A stretch of DNA of 54,978 nucleotides. Origin: a virus (Duplodnaviria > Caudoviricetes). A program made the translations under genes and the position numbers. The notes under the pieces are model-generated. The model was not told where the DNA came from. It did not search any database and saw only the letters and a program-made list of their open reading frames with translations. Positions 1 through 10,000 of the stretch are shown piece by piece (within the stretch, counting starts at the first letter, position 1; each line of letters starts with the position of its first letter). The stretch covers positions 1 to 54,978 of the IMG/VR virus record IMGVR_UViG_3300023242_000561; one strand, given 5' to 3'.

Positions 1-78
1 CGTTTCTTTTATACCAAACGTGTGCCAAATTGAAACCCAAGATTGCTTTTTGCATCGACGCGATGGTAAATGAATGCC

Positions 79-148
79 AACGTATGTAGAACATACACCC
101 TCTTAAAGTCATAAGCTTTAAAATACAAATTTTAAAGTCACAAGAATT
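79..148 (+). repeat. 70-bp direct repeat, copy 1 (identical to 504-573), with internal GTATGT-AGA-ACATAC hairpin
   Basis: AACGTATGTAGAACATACACCCTC...CACAAGAATT reads identically at both positions. Confidence 0.97.
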
Positions 149-180
149 AAGAAATAATAATAACTTTTAAAATTAAGATT

Positions 181-252
181 ATGCCTAATCACGTAAAAAA
201 AAGATTGAAAAAATTTAGGAAAGAGATAATGTTGAATGGTGCGCTTTCTTAA
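181..252 (+). CDS. Possible 23-aa basic micro-ORF (MPNHVKKRLKKFRKEIMLNGALS)
   Basis: Hand-translated; AT-rich leader; sits between repeat copy 1 and an attC-like site, in the same position as ORF 588-710. Confidence 0.35.
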   Translation: MPNHVKKRLKKFRKEIMLNGALS

Positions 253-256
253 TTGT

Positions 257-350
257 GCCTAACGTTAAGGCTATGTTTCGTTGCCTTAAAACGAAGCTAA
301 TTATTAACTACAAATGATTATGAGCAATGAAAATATAGCCAGTGTTAGCA
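257..350 (+). other. attC-like imperfect inverted repeat 1
   Basis: GCCTAAC (257-263), arm GGCTATGTTTCGTTGC (269-284), arm GCAATGAAAATATAGCC (324-340), then AGT-GTTAGCA (341-350). The hairpin is seen; the attC reading is inference. Confidence 0.6.
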
Positions 351-505
351 AACGTTTTATTATCGAGGTATTCTTAAACGATAGAAGACTAGAATATAGA
401 GCTTCTAATAATGAAATGGATATTGATAAAGAACTGATAGAGTTAAAGAGGACTTACAAAAGTAATAACTGTGTTTTCTATAAAGGTAAACTAAATGTTT
501 GCTAA
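314..505 (+). CDS. Small hypothetical protein (cassette-like)
   Basis: 63-aa ORF; its stop TAA lies inside GCTAAC at the start of repeat copy 2. Confidence 0.65.
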   Translation: MIMSNENIASVSKRFIIEVFLNDRRLEYRASNNEMDIDKELIELKRTYKSNNCVFYKGKLNVC

Positions 506-573
506 CGTATGTAGAACATACACCCTCTTAAAGTCATAAGCTTTAAAATACAAATTTTAAAGTCACAAGAATT
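504..573 (+). repeat. 70-bp direct repeat, copy 2
   Basis: Identical to 79-148. Confidence 0.97.
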
Positions 574-587
574 TAAAAATAAATATT

Positions 588-710
588 ATGACAGAACTAG
601 AAAAACATAGAGAAACTTGGCAAGATAAAACTGAAAGCCAAACGGATAAAACACCGTATGAAGTATTAGAGCAAATTACAAAGTTGAAAGACGAAATGTA
701 TTGTGCCTAA
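588..710 (+). CDS. 40-aa hypothetical protein (MTELEKHRETWQDK...DEMYCA)
   Basis: Hand-translated; AT-rich leader (AAATATT-ATG); stop lies inside GCCTAAC. Confidence 0.55.
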   Translation: MTELEKHRETWQDKTESQTDKTPYEVLEQITKLKDEMYCA

Positions 711-901
711 CGTTAAAATGTATGGTTAGTGCCGACTAAATAAAACATAAATTATGAAAATAGAAGAACAAATTTTACAAATATTACACGACTTTGAAAC
801 ATTTAAGTTAACAAACGATGAACAAGGTGTTTACGCAAAAACAACAAGCTATATACCATTTATTGACCGAATTAAGGCATTAACTATACATAGTGTTGTT
901 G
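705..901 (+). other. attC-like imperfect inverted repeat 2, with a long loop containing the start of ORF 754-993
   Basis: GCCTAAC (705-711), arm ATGTATGGTTAGTGCC (718-733) pairing with GGCATTAACTATACAT (876-891; 14/16 Watson-Crick plus 2 G:T), then AGT-GTT (892-897). Confidence 0.65.
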
Positions 902-993
902 TGCCGAAGGGTACGTTGTGCGATTGCGGAAGTAGTGATTTTGATAAGCTAGGATTCTGCCCTTGGTGTGATACTGATGCTTATTCACATTAA
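754..993 (+). CDS. Small hypothetical protein with C-terminal CxC...CxxC zinc-ribbon-like motif
   Basis: 79 aa; LCDCGS...FCPWC; good AT-rich leader. Confidence 0.75.
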   Translation: MKIEEQILQILHDFETFKLTNDEQGVYAKTTSYIPFIDRIKALTIHSVVVPKGTLCDCGSSDFDKLGFCPWCDTDAYSH

Positions 994-1163
994 TTATAAC
1001 GGTTTAAATATGAGTAGTGGCGTGAAAAAGGGTTAACAGTAGCGTACATAAACCAGTAACCCTGCTAGTTATACAGACTAAATACACCAAGCCTTTACTG
1101 TATATGGTAGGTGAGAAAGCTGTTAGATGTACTTAGCCATTACTTATATTTATTGTTTGTTAG
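994..1163 (+). other. attC-like imperfect inverted repeat 3 (no evident ORF)
   Basis: TTATAAC (994-1000), arm AAATATGAGTAGTGGC (1006-1021) pairing with GCCATTACTTATATTT (1136-1151; 14/16 plus 2 G:T), then ATT-GTT. Confidence 0.6.
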
Positions 1164-1165
1164 CG

Positions 1166-1208
1166 TAAAAAGAGAAACCCCATCCTAATAAGAATGGGGT
1201 TATCTCTC
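1166..1208 (-). terminator. Putative intrinsic terminator
   Basis: AACCCCAT...ATGGGGTT stem; on the minus strand it is followed by TCTCTTTTT. Confidence 0.55.
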
Positions 1209-1637
1209 CAAAAGAAAAGAAAACAACCGTAAGGAATGTTTAGTCTTTAATTTCTTACAATGAGAACCAACCTCTGAATGTGCAGCAGCTATAAGCGATC
1301 CGAGCGACCAGTATATGAAAGGTATGGAAATGAAGGAAAAGTACAATGAAATAAAGAGTGTTCTAAATACCCTCTAACAGTTAAGATAAAAATAGTACGA
1401 AATGGCAAGAGTAAAAAATATATGTATAAACTCTTTAAAGATTGGTAGTATGGTTAATACTTGTAAACTTTGTGAAATGATTGATGTTAGAATAGGATTG
1501 GAATATTTCTGTATAGTGTATGCTAATTTGCTTTATAAAGCCCCTGAGATTTCAATATTTGAAACTCCTGAAGCCTTAGATACGGAATAGTTCTGGAAAT
1601 GGCTTTAAAATCAAAACTTATTATGAATAACTCCCTT

Positions 1638-1673
1638 ACCTCTAGGCTGTTTGACATATGCCTAGAGGTTTTT
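1638..1673 (+). terminator. Intrinsic terminator at the convergence of plus- and minus-strand units
   Basis: Perfect 10-bp stem ACCTCTAGGC/GCCTAGAGGT followed by a T run, just beyond the stop of the 1801-aa gene. Confidence 0.7.
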
Positions 1674-1682
1674 AAGTCATTA

Positions 1683-4600
1683 CTACTTAGAGAATATTTT
1701 TAACCATTTTCTTTTCTCTTCAGGATATTGTGCTTCAAACACATTCTTAAGAAATGATCTTTGTATAACAAACTTCTCAAATGGGTTCTTACCTTTATAA
1801 GGTCCACTTTGTAGCTCATCTGTGAATACAAAACTCTTATAGAAACCTACAACACTATCTAACTGATTAGCTATTGCGGTAGGCGACTTGATTAGATTTA
1901 CAGCTTCTATTGGTGATACCAAAGCAGTAAGTTCTAGTACTGTTTTATGTGCTTGGAACAAAACAAACTGTGATAACCAATCATCATCATCATCATCGTC
2001 AAATTGAGATAAAAGAATCTGAAAAATAGCATACATTAGTGCCATAGCTGCTAATTCTAAAGCAGTTCTTAATAAGTTTCTTTTTTCCATTGGAGATAAC
2101 TTATTCCAATATTCAACAGCTTTTTTACTACCTTCACCACTAAGACGAATACTCATTAATTTACTAACAGCTTTTTGGTTTTCTTTATCTTTAGTTACTA
2201 CATTAAAATAACCTCCTACTAGGTCTTTAAGAACTCTACCAGATGTTCTTAAGTAACCTTCATCTTCCATACCTGTTCTAGGGTTAATACCCTTAGCTTT
2301 CATTCTTGTTGAAATACCGTTAACTAAGAAGTTACGGTGTAGTAAAAGTGTTTGTCCCAAAGCATCTCTACTAACAGCAGACCTGTCTAAACCTGACACT
2401 CTTCCGTCAATCCTATCCCCTATTAAATTCACTTTACCTTTCAATAAAGAAAGTTGTTCTTCAAGTTTTGGAACTTCTTTATATTCCTCTTTAAGTTGAC
2501 GAGTACCTTTTTCATCAATACTGAACATACTCCTAACTGTAGGATAACTCTCCCACTTAGTCATATCTCCACCATTGTTCTTATATTCCTTCTTGCTTAT
2601 AAACTTACCGTCTATCAGTCTATGATAGTTGAGTTGACTTATTACAAGTTGACCTTTAGTAGCATGATCAAATATCTTATACCCACCGAAGAACATATTT
2701 CCCTCATTGATAAAACCCCTTTTTAATTTGTTTATTGAACTATTACTAAATTGTGATACCGCAGTTTCAGTAACTTCAAAGTAATCCATCCACATTTGAA
2801 CTTCAGAAGTCTGTACTTTTGACTCCATATCTGGAATAATCTTAGTAATTAACTCTTTATAATACTCCTGTTTAGATTCTAACTTAGTTCTAGTATCACT
2901 ATATTCTCCAACTATATCTTCAATAGCTCCATATATAGATGAAGTTATTGCTGAAGTAACTATAGTAAATGGATTATTACCTAAGTTGTTTCTTCTAACA
3001 TAAGCTGAGAAAGAAGCTAATATTTTTGATATGTTAATCTGCTTACCAAAGAAAGGTAAGTCTACAGTCATTTCACTTAACTCTTCACCATATACATAAC
3101 CGTCTAAGAATGATGCAAACATCTTTGTTGCATTTTCTGTGTTAGTAGCTTTTTTATTCTTATTTAAGTTAATTCTAGATTCTAATCGGTTTAAAACTAT
3201 ATTAAGATCAGGAGCTATACTAGCCATTCTCTTAAAGTTATGTGCCATGTTTACATGTTTGGCTAATAAGAACGCTATATCCTGAGACATATCACCATCA
3301 ACGTCACTTAGTTTCTTTCTATAATAGACAGGAATCATTCTGTTTAGTTTCTGATTATCTAAATCTATAGAATCATCTCCTTTAAGACCAAACATATCAT
3401 CGTCTTCTCTTGAAAAGATAACGTCTTTAATTGGTTCTTTAATACCCTCCCAACCTTCAGACCAAACTAAGAAACGCTCTAATGGTTGTTTTCTAATTTG
3501 AGGTAATAGAAATAGGTTTCTGCCTGATATTTTATTTTCAGGTAAGGCTCTATCACCTAAAGCTTTAACAGATAGAGTTGTAATATACAACTTCTTCTGA
3601 GCTTCAGTCATACTACTATATTTTTTATTAACCCATTTTTGAGAAGGTAATATCCTTTCATTAGCAAAAATACTACTAGCTTCTTCAAATTCGTCATTCT
3701 TGACAGAGTTTTCTCTCATCCAAGCACCCCATCTTTTAGTGTACATTAAAAGTCTGTTCTGTTTATCTACTTCTGCTGAAGTAACATTAAGTGGAGAAGT
3801 ACTTTCATATTTTTGAAAGAACAAGGCTCTAGTTTCAGATATTTCTTCTTCAACTTCACTATAGCTTTCATAACCAAAAGATTTAGCTAATTCGTTCATT
3901 ACTTCATCTTTACTCTGAAACCAAGCTTCCCAAAGATAGGGTGATAACATATTACCTGTTCTTTTATCATCATCAGAATTTCTTTCATACATGTAGTCCA
4001 GACTATTAACTCCTTCAGCTTTAGCTTCTTTAATTGCATTCGCTAGAGTCTTACTAGCTTCTATAGTAACATCAGAAGCTTCATCTTTTTTAAGTTTAAC
4101 CGCAGCATACATATTACGTAGAATCTTATCATCTACATCAGCCATAGAAGCGAAATTCTTAGATAGTGACCAGATGTCACCTCTTTTTTGTTTCAATTCT
4201 GTACGTATATCTTCTTTATTCTTATACCCACCTCTATCATTCTCCCAAATAAAATTCACAGCACGATCTTCCATCTTATCTATAAGGTGCTGCTTAATTG
4301 TATTAGCCAAACCATTAGCTTGACTTAATGAGTTTGCTGAGTAAGCAGTCAGATCAAATCCATACTTTTTAAATTCTTCTACAGTAACTTCATCATCTTT
4401 TAAATGATGTAGTTTATTAGTAATGTTACTAAAACTAACTACAACATCATGCATATCTACTAGTTCTTTAGCAGTAAAGTCTACATTTTGACCTAGTTCT
4501 TGAAACCTATCTAAGAACTGACTCATATCCTGTATTGCTTTTTCTGCGAATAGAGTAATACTATAAACTTCATTACTCTCACGTATTGCAAACTTCATTC

Positions 4601-7088
4601 TATTTTTAATATCTCTTAACTCACTTGTAGAACCACCTGAGTTTCTAAGATTAATAATAATTGAATTTAGTTCTTCAATGGCCTTTTGAGCAATATTACG
4701 AACCTTTTCTACGTTAGGGTTCTCAAAATCCATATGATCACTAGGGTCTTCTACAGTATTATAGATGTTATCGTCGTTACCATAATCATCTACATCTCTA
4801 TTTGGACTTACTTGAGATACTGAGGTAGCCCCTTGACTAGGGGAAATGCTCGCAACTATTCTTTCTTTCTGAGTTCTAGAAGAATTGTCTGTACCTGTAT
4901 AAACCATTTTACCTGTAGCTACGGAATATACATTTCCTTTATTGGAAACTATATATCGAGTACCATTATATTCAGTAGTGGGATAACTACCTAATACTTC
5001 TAGATTAGAGGGATCAGGTGTTCCTGAAAATTTAGTTCCGTCAGGTCTGACTAACTGTGCTTTACCTGAATCATTAATGTTCCACAATAGATATAACTTT
5101 CCATTATGTCTTACAACACTACCAGATTTGACTTTTTTGTCTTGATCATCAAATAACTTAACTTCATCTTCATTTTTAACTTGATCTCCTAAAGATACAG
5201 TTCTTTCTTCTTGAACTGCTGAAGCCATAGGAGAAGTCTTGTTACTATCTAAGTGACTTGATTGAACAGGATTATCTATTAATTGATCTTTACCTGTATC
5301 AGGATTATTAGAAGAATGAATTACAGTCTTATTACTTCCTCTAGTTACAGCCACATATAAAGCTTGACTTCTTTCTCTATTAGTTCTTCTATCTTTTTGA
5401 TTTAGGAGATTGTCTTCTAATACATATACATTACGATACGTAGAACCTTGAGACTTATGTGCAGTAACTACATATCCATAATCTAGTCTAGGAAAAGCTT
5501 CGGTAGTTAAGAAAGCATGATACTTGTTATACTTATTGTAAAAGTTATCAATAATATTCTGTATTTTTTTTCTACTGGGTCTATCGAGAAACATTATCTG
5601 TTGGCTAACATCACCAGTTAGATTGTTTCTAACATCAATATAAGAACCTGAAAGTCCTTTTATAAAAGCTACTAGATTTCCTTTTTTATCTTTAATTTCT
5701 TTACTAAAATCTTGTACTGGAACAGGTTCACTTATTACAGTATAATCTACTGAGTTTTCAATAATAGGTTCTTTCTTGTTATCTAAGTTTGTAGTATAAG
5801 CAGTTAATTGCTCACCTTTAACAACTAGAGCTTTATCATTAAGACCTAACTTCTGTCTAGCAAACTGATTCATATGGAATACAGACTGCTTTGACTTTTC
5901 ATTAGTTTCATTATTATAAGTAACAATCTTTGTATTCTTAGAATTATTGAGAAAATCTCTTTTCCACATCTCTAATATAACAGTAGCGTTGTTACTAAAT
6001 ATAATTCCTGTGTTTGTATCTTTATCAAATTCAGTAACTCTATCTGAGTCTTTTAAAGGTGAAGCTTTCGCATTATCTCTTAAATCAATATTGGCTACTA
6101 TTCTATCACTAACTTTAACAATAGGTGATTCTTCACCTTGTCTCATTCTTTCAGTAAGCTCAACTAAAGTATGATCAAAAGAAACGCTATCAGAACCATT
6201 TTCACCAATAGGAGGTAGTTGAGCATTATCTCCCATGAATATAACTTTAGCTGAAGGATTCATCCAAGTCTTCATTTCTTTAAACAAGTCTTTTGTTAGC
6301 ATAGAAGCTTCATCCATTACTACAACTCCTGCTTTAGATATAGGAACTCCACCATTTTTTCTAGCCCATAGATCAGGCATAAAACTAAATGTCTTTTCAT
6401 TTAGCTTTATAGATAAGGCAGATTGTATAGTAGACACATCATCACCAGCTTCACCTACATCTTGTAAAACATATTTGGCTTTATGGGTAGGTGCTACATA
6501 CATTAGATTCTTACGGTTGTTCTGTTCCATAAGAACCTTTTTAATAATAGTAGTTTTACCTGTACCAGCTCTACCTTTAAGTGTTGCAAATTGAGCATCA
6601 CTATTATTTAAAAAGTCAGTAAGTTTATCTATGGCTACTTTTTGTTGTTCGTTAGCTTCAACTCCTGGAAAAAGTTCATACTTTGGCTCTATGGTTGTGT
6701 CTTCAACTGTGTAATAAGTAGTAGGACTATCACCTTTTAACTCTTTATTATTTAGATTACGAGTAAATTTAATATGAGGTTCACCATTCGCATCTAGTTC
6801 TTGTAGTTGTGATTGATTCTCACTTACCATAGGGTATAACCACTCACCTATTTTTCTACGAAAACTATTGGAATATACTTCAGCTTTACGTCGTAAAGCT
6901 AAATTTCTATCTCCTGTCTCATTTAATAGTTGTTGGAATAGAATAGATTGCTCCCCATTAGAAGTCATCTCTAGACTATAACCGTTGTTTAATGACCATA
7001 ACGCATAGGCTTTTTCTTTACCTACAGCATTAGTTAGTTCATCAAACTGAGACTTAACAACTTGATCATTTAGATTTGGACAAACCAT
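1683..7088 (-). CDS. Large virion cargo/ejection protein with inserted Dda/RecD-like SF1B helicase domain and C-terminal hydrophobic segment
   Basis: Motifs GRAGTGKTT, APTHKA, DEASM, GDNAQLPP, RMRQ, TAHKSQGSTY, YVAVTRG; N-terminal MVCPN; hydrophobic helix then poly-Asp near the C-terminus; directly downstream of the vRNAP gene. Confidence 0.85.
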   Translation of the reverse strand: MVCPNLNDQVVKSQFDELTNAVGKEKAYALWSLNNGYSLEMTSNGEQSILFQQLLNETGDRNLALRRKAEVYSNSFRRKIGEWLYPMVSENQSQLQELDANGEPHIKFTRNLNNKELKGDSPTTYYTVEDTTIEPKYELFPGVEANEQQKVAIDKLTDFLNNSDAQFATLKGRAGTGKTTIIKKVLMEQNNRKNLMYVAPTHKAKYVLQDVGEAGDDVSTIQSALSIKLNEKTFSFMPDLWARKNGGVPISKAGVVVMDEASMLTKDLFKEMKTWMNPSAKVIFMGDNAQLPPIGENGSDSVSFDHTLVELTERMRQGEESPIVKVSDRIVANIDLRDNAKASPLKDSDRVTEFDKDTNTGIIFSNNATVILEMWKRDFLNNSKNTKIVTYNNETNEKSKQSVFHMNQFARQKLGLNDKALVVKGEQLTAYTTNLDNKKEPIIENSVDYTVISEPVPVQDFSKEIKDKKGNLVAFIKGLSGSYIDVRNNLTGDVSQQIMFLDRPSRKKIQNIIDNFYNKYNKYHAFLTTEAFPRLDYGYVVTAHKSQGSTYRNVYVLEDNLLNQKDRRTNRERSQALYVAVTRGSNKTVIHSSNNPDTGKDQLIDNPVQSSHLDSNKTSPMASAVQEERTVSLGDQVKNEDEVKLFDDQDKKVKSGSVVRHNGKLYLLWNINDSGKAQLVRPDGTKFSGTPDPSNLEVLGSYPTTEYNGTRYIVSNKGNVYSVATGKMVYTGTDNSSRTQKERIVASISPSQGATSVSQVSPNRDVDDYGNDDNIYNTVEDPSDHMDFENPNVEKVRNIAQKAIEELNSIIINLRNSGGSTSELRDIKNRMKFAIRESNEVYSITLFAEKAIQDMSQFLDRFQELGQNVDFTAKELVDMHDVVVSFSNITNKLHHLKDDEVTVEEFKKYGFDLTAYSANSLSQANGLANTIKQHLIDKMEDRAVNFIWENDRGGYKNKEDIRTELKQKRGDIWSLSKNFASMADVDDKILRNMYAAVKLKKDEASDVTIEASKTLANAIKEAKAEGVNSLDYMYERNSDDDKRTGNMLSPYLWEAWFQSKDEVMNELAKSFGYESYSEVEEEISETRALFFQKYESTSPLNVTSAEVDKQNRLLMYTKRWGAWMRENSVKNDEFEEASSIFANERILPSQKWVNKKYSSMTEAQKKLYITTLSVKALGDRALPENKISGRNLFLLPQIRKQPLERFLVWSEGWEGIKEPIKDVIFSREDDDMFGLKGDDSIDLDNQKLNRMIPVYYRKKLSDVDGDMSQDIAFLLAKHVNMAHNFKRMASIAPDLNIVLNRLESRINLNKNKKATNTENATKMFASFLDGYVYGEELSEMTVDLPFFGKQINISKILASFSAYVRRNNLGNNPFTIVTSAITSSIYGAIEDIVGEYSDTRTKLESKQEYYKELITKIIPDMESKVQTSEVQMWMDYFEVTETAVSQFSNSSINKLKRGFINEGNMFFGGYKIFDHATKGQLVISQLNYHRLIDGKFISKKEYKNNGGDMTKWESYPTVRSMFSIDEKGTRQLKEEYKEVPKLEEQLSLLKGKVNLIGDRIDGRVSGLDRSAVSRDALGQTLLLHRNFLVNGISTRMKAKGINPRTGMEDEGYLRTSGRVLKDLVGGYFNVVTKDKENQKAVSKLMSIRLSGEGSKKAVEYWNKLSPMEKRNLLRTALELAAMALMYAIFQILLSQFDDDDDDDWLSQFVLFQAHKTVLELTALVSPIEAVNLIKSPTAIANQLDSVVGFYKSFVFTDELQSGPYKGKNPFEKFVIQRSFLKNVFEAQYPEEKRKWLKIFSK

Positions 7089-10000
7089 CAGTTACATATC
7101 TTTTCGTTAAACTTACCTTGTAATAAGAGGTCGTCTGATTGCGTGTCCTCTATATTGTAATTAACATCACCTTCCAAACTTCTATAAGTTATTCCAACAA
7201 TGTTTTTCCTATCCTCAAAACTTATTTCTATTTCTTGTTCTGTTTGAGAATCAAAAGCAATAAACACATTATCATTTTTAACACTTGTTAATCTTAAGTT
7301 CTTTTTGACATCGTTGTGCATGTAACTAATACTTTTAAATGTTTCAACAAAGTCATGAGCATTAAGTGTATTAATGTCATTAAGAGCCTTAACTTCTTGT
7401 GCTTCAGTATATGTGTTCTCTAAAACTCTACCTTCCTGTAATGCTTCTACAGCTAACCTAAACCCTTTAGCTAGTGCTGTGTTTTGAGAAAGATCGACTC
7501 CTAATTTTTTAGCGATAGAAGCTAGGAAATCTAAAACATCTTGAAAGAAACTTCCTAAAAACGTATTACCTTGCAAAGATATAGTTTTTGTGAAACTTCT
7601 GAAGTTTTCATTAGTAAACATATGAGCTACAAACTCAGCTCTATTATCTAGAGCATGAAAATATCTAGAGTTTTCTATTCTTATAGGTCTAGTATCTCCT
7701 TTTTTTCTAGCTTGTTTCGCTTGTTCATACTCCATTAAGTATTTCTCATAAGCTCTCTTACTAGTAGGGCCACCTGTTTTATCATTATTAATATGATCTT
7801 TAATTTTATTCATTAAAGAATCAATCTTATTAACTAACTCTCTAGCTTCTTTAGTAGTAGGATTATTTAATGCTTCTACTGTAATTGAATGAATTATCTC
7901 TTCTAATACCTTCTTATCGAAAGAATCTTCATTATTGAGTTGATTTACATTAATGTATATCTTACCTTCTTTACTATTGTAATTTGATGAATATTGATTA
8001 GTAAACTCAACTTTAGTTTTATTAGTGTTGATATAACCTTTTATAAATCTAGCTAGTTCTTTAAATCCTTCATTCTTACTACCCATTTCTATCTTAGAAA
8101 GTAAGGCACTAACAGAAGCATCTTTATTTAGATCAAGATTATAAGTAGGTTCTGGCATTAACAGACCTTTAGTCAATTCTAATTGACTACGCATCTCTGT
8201 AGGTAAGGCTGTTGAACTATACGTAGAATAGAACTTGTCGTTTCTAGGATTATAAAAAGTATAGTTACCTTTATCATCTAAGAAACCTATCTTAACTACA
8301 CCATTTTCTAATTCTCTTTTAACAAACTTACTTCTAGAATCTAAACTCTTAGTAACTTCATCTTCAAAATTAGGTAAGTATTGTGAATTATGAAATGCGA
8401 ATAAGCCTACAAAATTTTTAACAAAATCACTTTCACTATCTATAGAAGTATTAAAGTTTATACCTCTTAGATATTCATACATCCCTAACTCTCTAAATAA
8501 TTGAGGTGGTATAAACCTAGCGTAACTCTTAGTATATGATAGCGGATTTAATACATACGCCTTAATCAAATCTTTAGCTAACTCTTTAGTATCAGGATTA
8601 GTATATAAAGCCACAAAAGAAATAGAGATACGATCACTATCAACAAGATTACTCTTATCATTAGGATATATCATAACTGAACCACCATTCTTTAGATTTG
8701 ATCTGGATAACATATTTAGAAATAAGTTGTCTGGATATTTCTCTAAAGCTGCACTAACATCTTTGAATAATCCTGATTTATTAAATAACCTACTTCTTAA
8801 ACTATCTACATCTTCTCCTTCAAATATAGGATTGTCATTACTACCGTAGATATAAGCTCTAAAAGCATTCCACATCTGCTTTTCAGCAGAACCTTTATTA
8901 GGTAAATCCTGTAGATACTTTTTCAACATTGTTTTAACTGTAACAAAAAGTGTTGATCTATAAGGGTAGATACTCTTAAACATACCTACACCTTCTTCTA
9001 AAGTAACTCTAGCGACAGAACCTTGAATGTTAGGTTGCTCACCATTAAATAAGTCTTGTAGATTTTGAAGATGTTTAGTATCTTTAACATTCTCCATAGC
9101 TTCAGCTTTAGCTACAGCAGCAAATAGATCAGTACCTATACCAGAAGTATCTGAATATGTTTGAAGAACTGATTGTACTTTACGTAACTCTTCTGATACT
9201 TCAATTAAGTAAGATAATCTTTTCATAATCTCTGAATCAGAAGCTTCCAAGTTATTAAAAGACTTATCATCTATCGGATTAAATACAAACTTACCTTCAC
9301 TATTTCTAAGATTTCCTATGTTTCTATCTTTAATAGTTTTAGCTAATGCTAAACTTTTAATCTTACTAGAATCTAAACTACTATTCTGTAGTTGTAATTC
9401 TTTGAGATTTCTATTATAAGCTAGAACTACAGGTTGATTAAAGAAGTTCTTGATGTCATCTAAGTAAAATCCCATGTGAGCTAGTAGTGAAGCTTCACCT
9501 GAGTTATCGTAACTTAAATTAAGTGCTCCTAATAACGGATCATTTTCATTATCTACAGCAGCATTAAGTAATGCTATAAGTACTGACTTTTTAGGTACTT
9601 CTTTTTTACTAGACCTTCTTGATGCTAAAGACTTAGCTTTAACATTACCTAAACTAAAATTATTTCTAGTTAGTTTAATGTTACTATCTTCTAATAAAGC
9701 ACTAAAAGTTAAGTTTACAGCATATACGCCAATAGCCTGAGATGCATCAGAACCATCTAAAAATCTATCAAATAAAATATCAGGATTGATTAACCAAGAA
9801 TCTCTTTGTCCTTCTCTTCTTCTTTTTAATATTTCATCTCTATACTTAGGTAACTCTCTAGTAGAAGTAGGTCTTATACTTTCTAAGAAACCTTCTTTCG
9901 ATAACATAAGATTTCTTCTTATATCTAACATCTTGTTTCTAGACAACATGTTTTGATAATCTTTATATAGATTATTACCTTTGTCTTGTTGAGTTTCACC

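Noticed and set aside
79-573. CRISPR array
   Set aside because: Only two 70-bp copies, 425 bp apart, with ORFs between them; wrong geometry.
1210-1400. tRNA or other ncRNA in the intergenic gap
   Set aside because: No cloverleaf, T-loop or convincing stem found by eye.
1402-1590. 62-aa plus-strand ORF
   Set aside because: No recognisable motif, and it lies in an intergenic zone between two terminators; cannot be supported.
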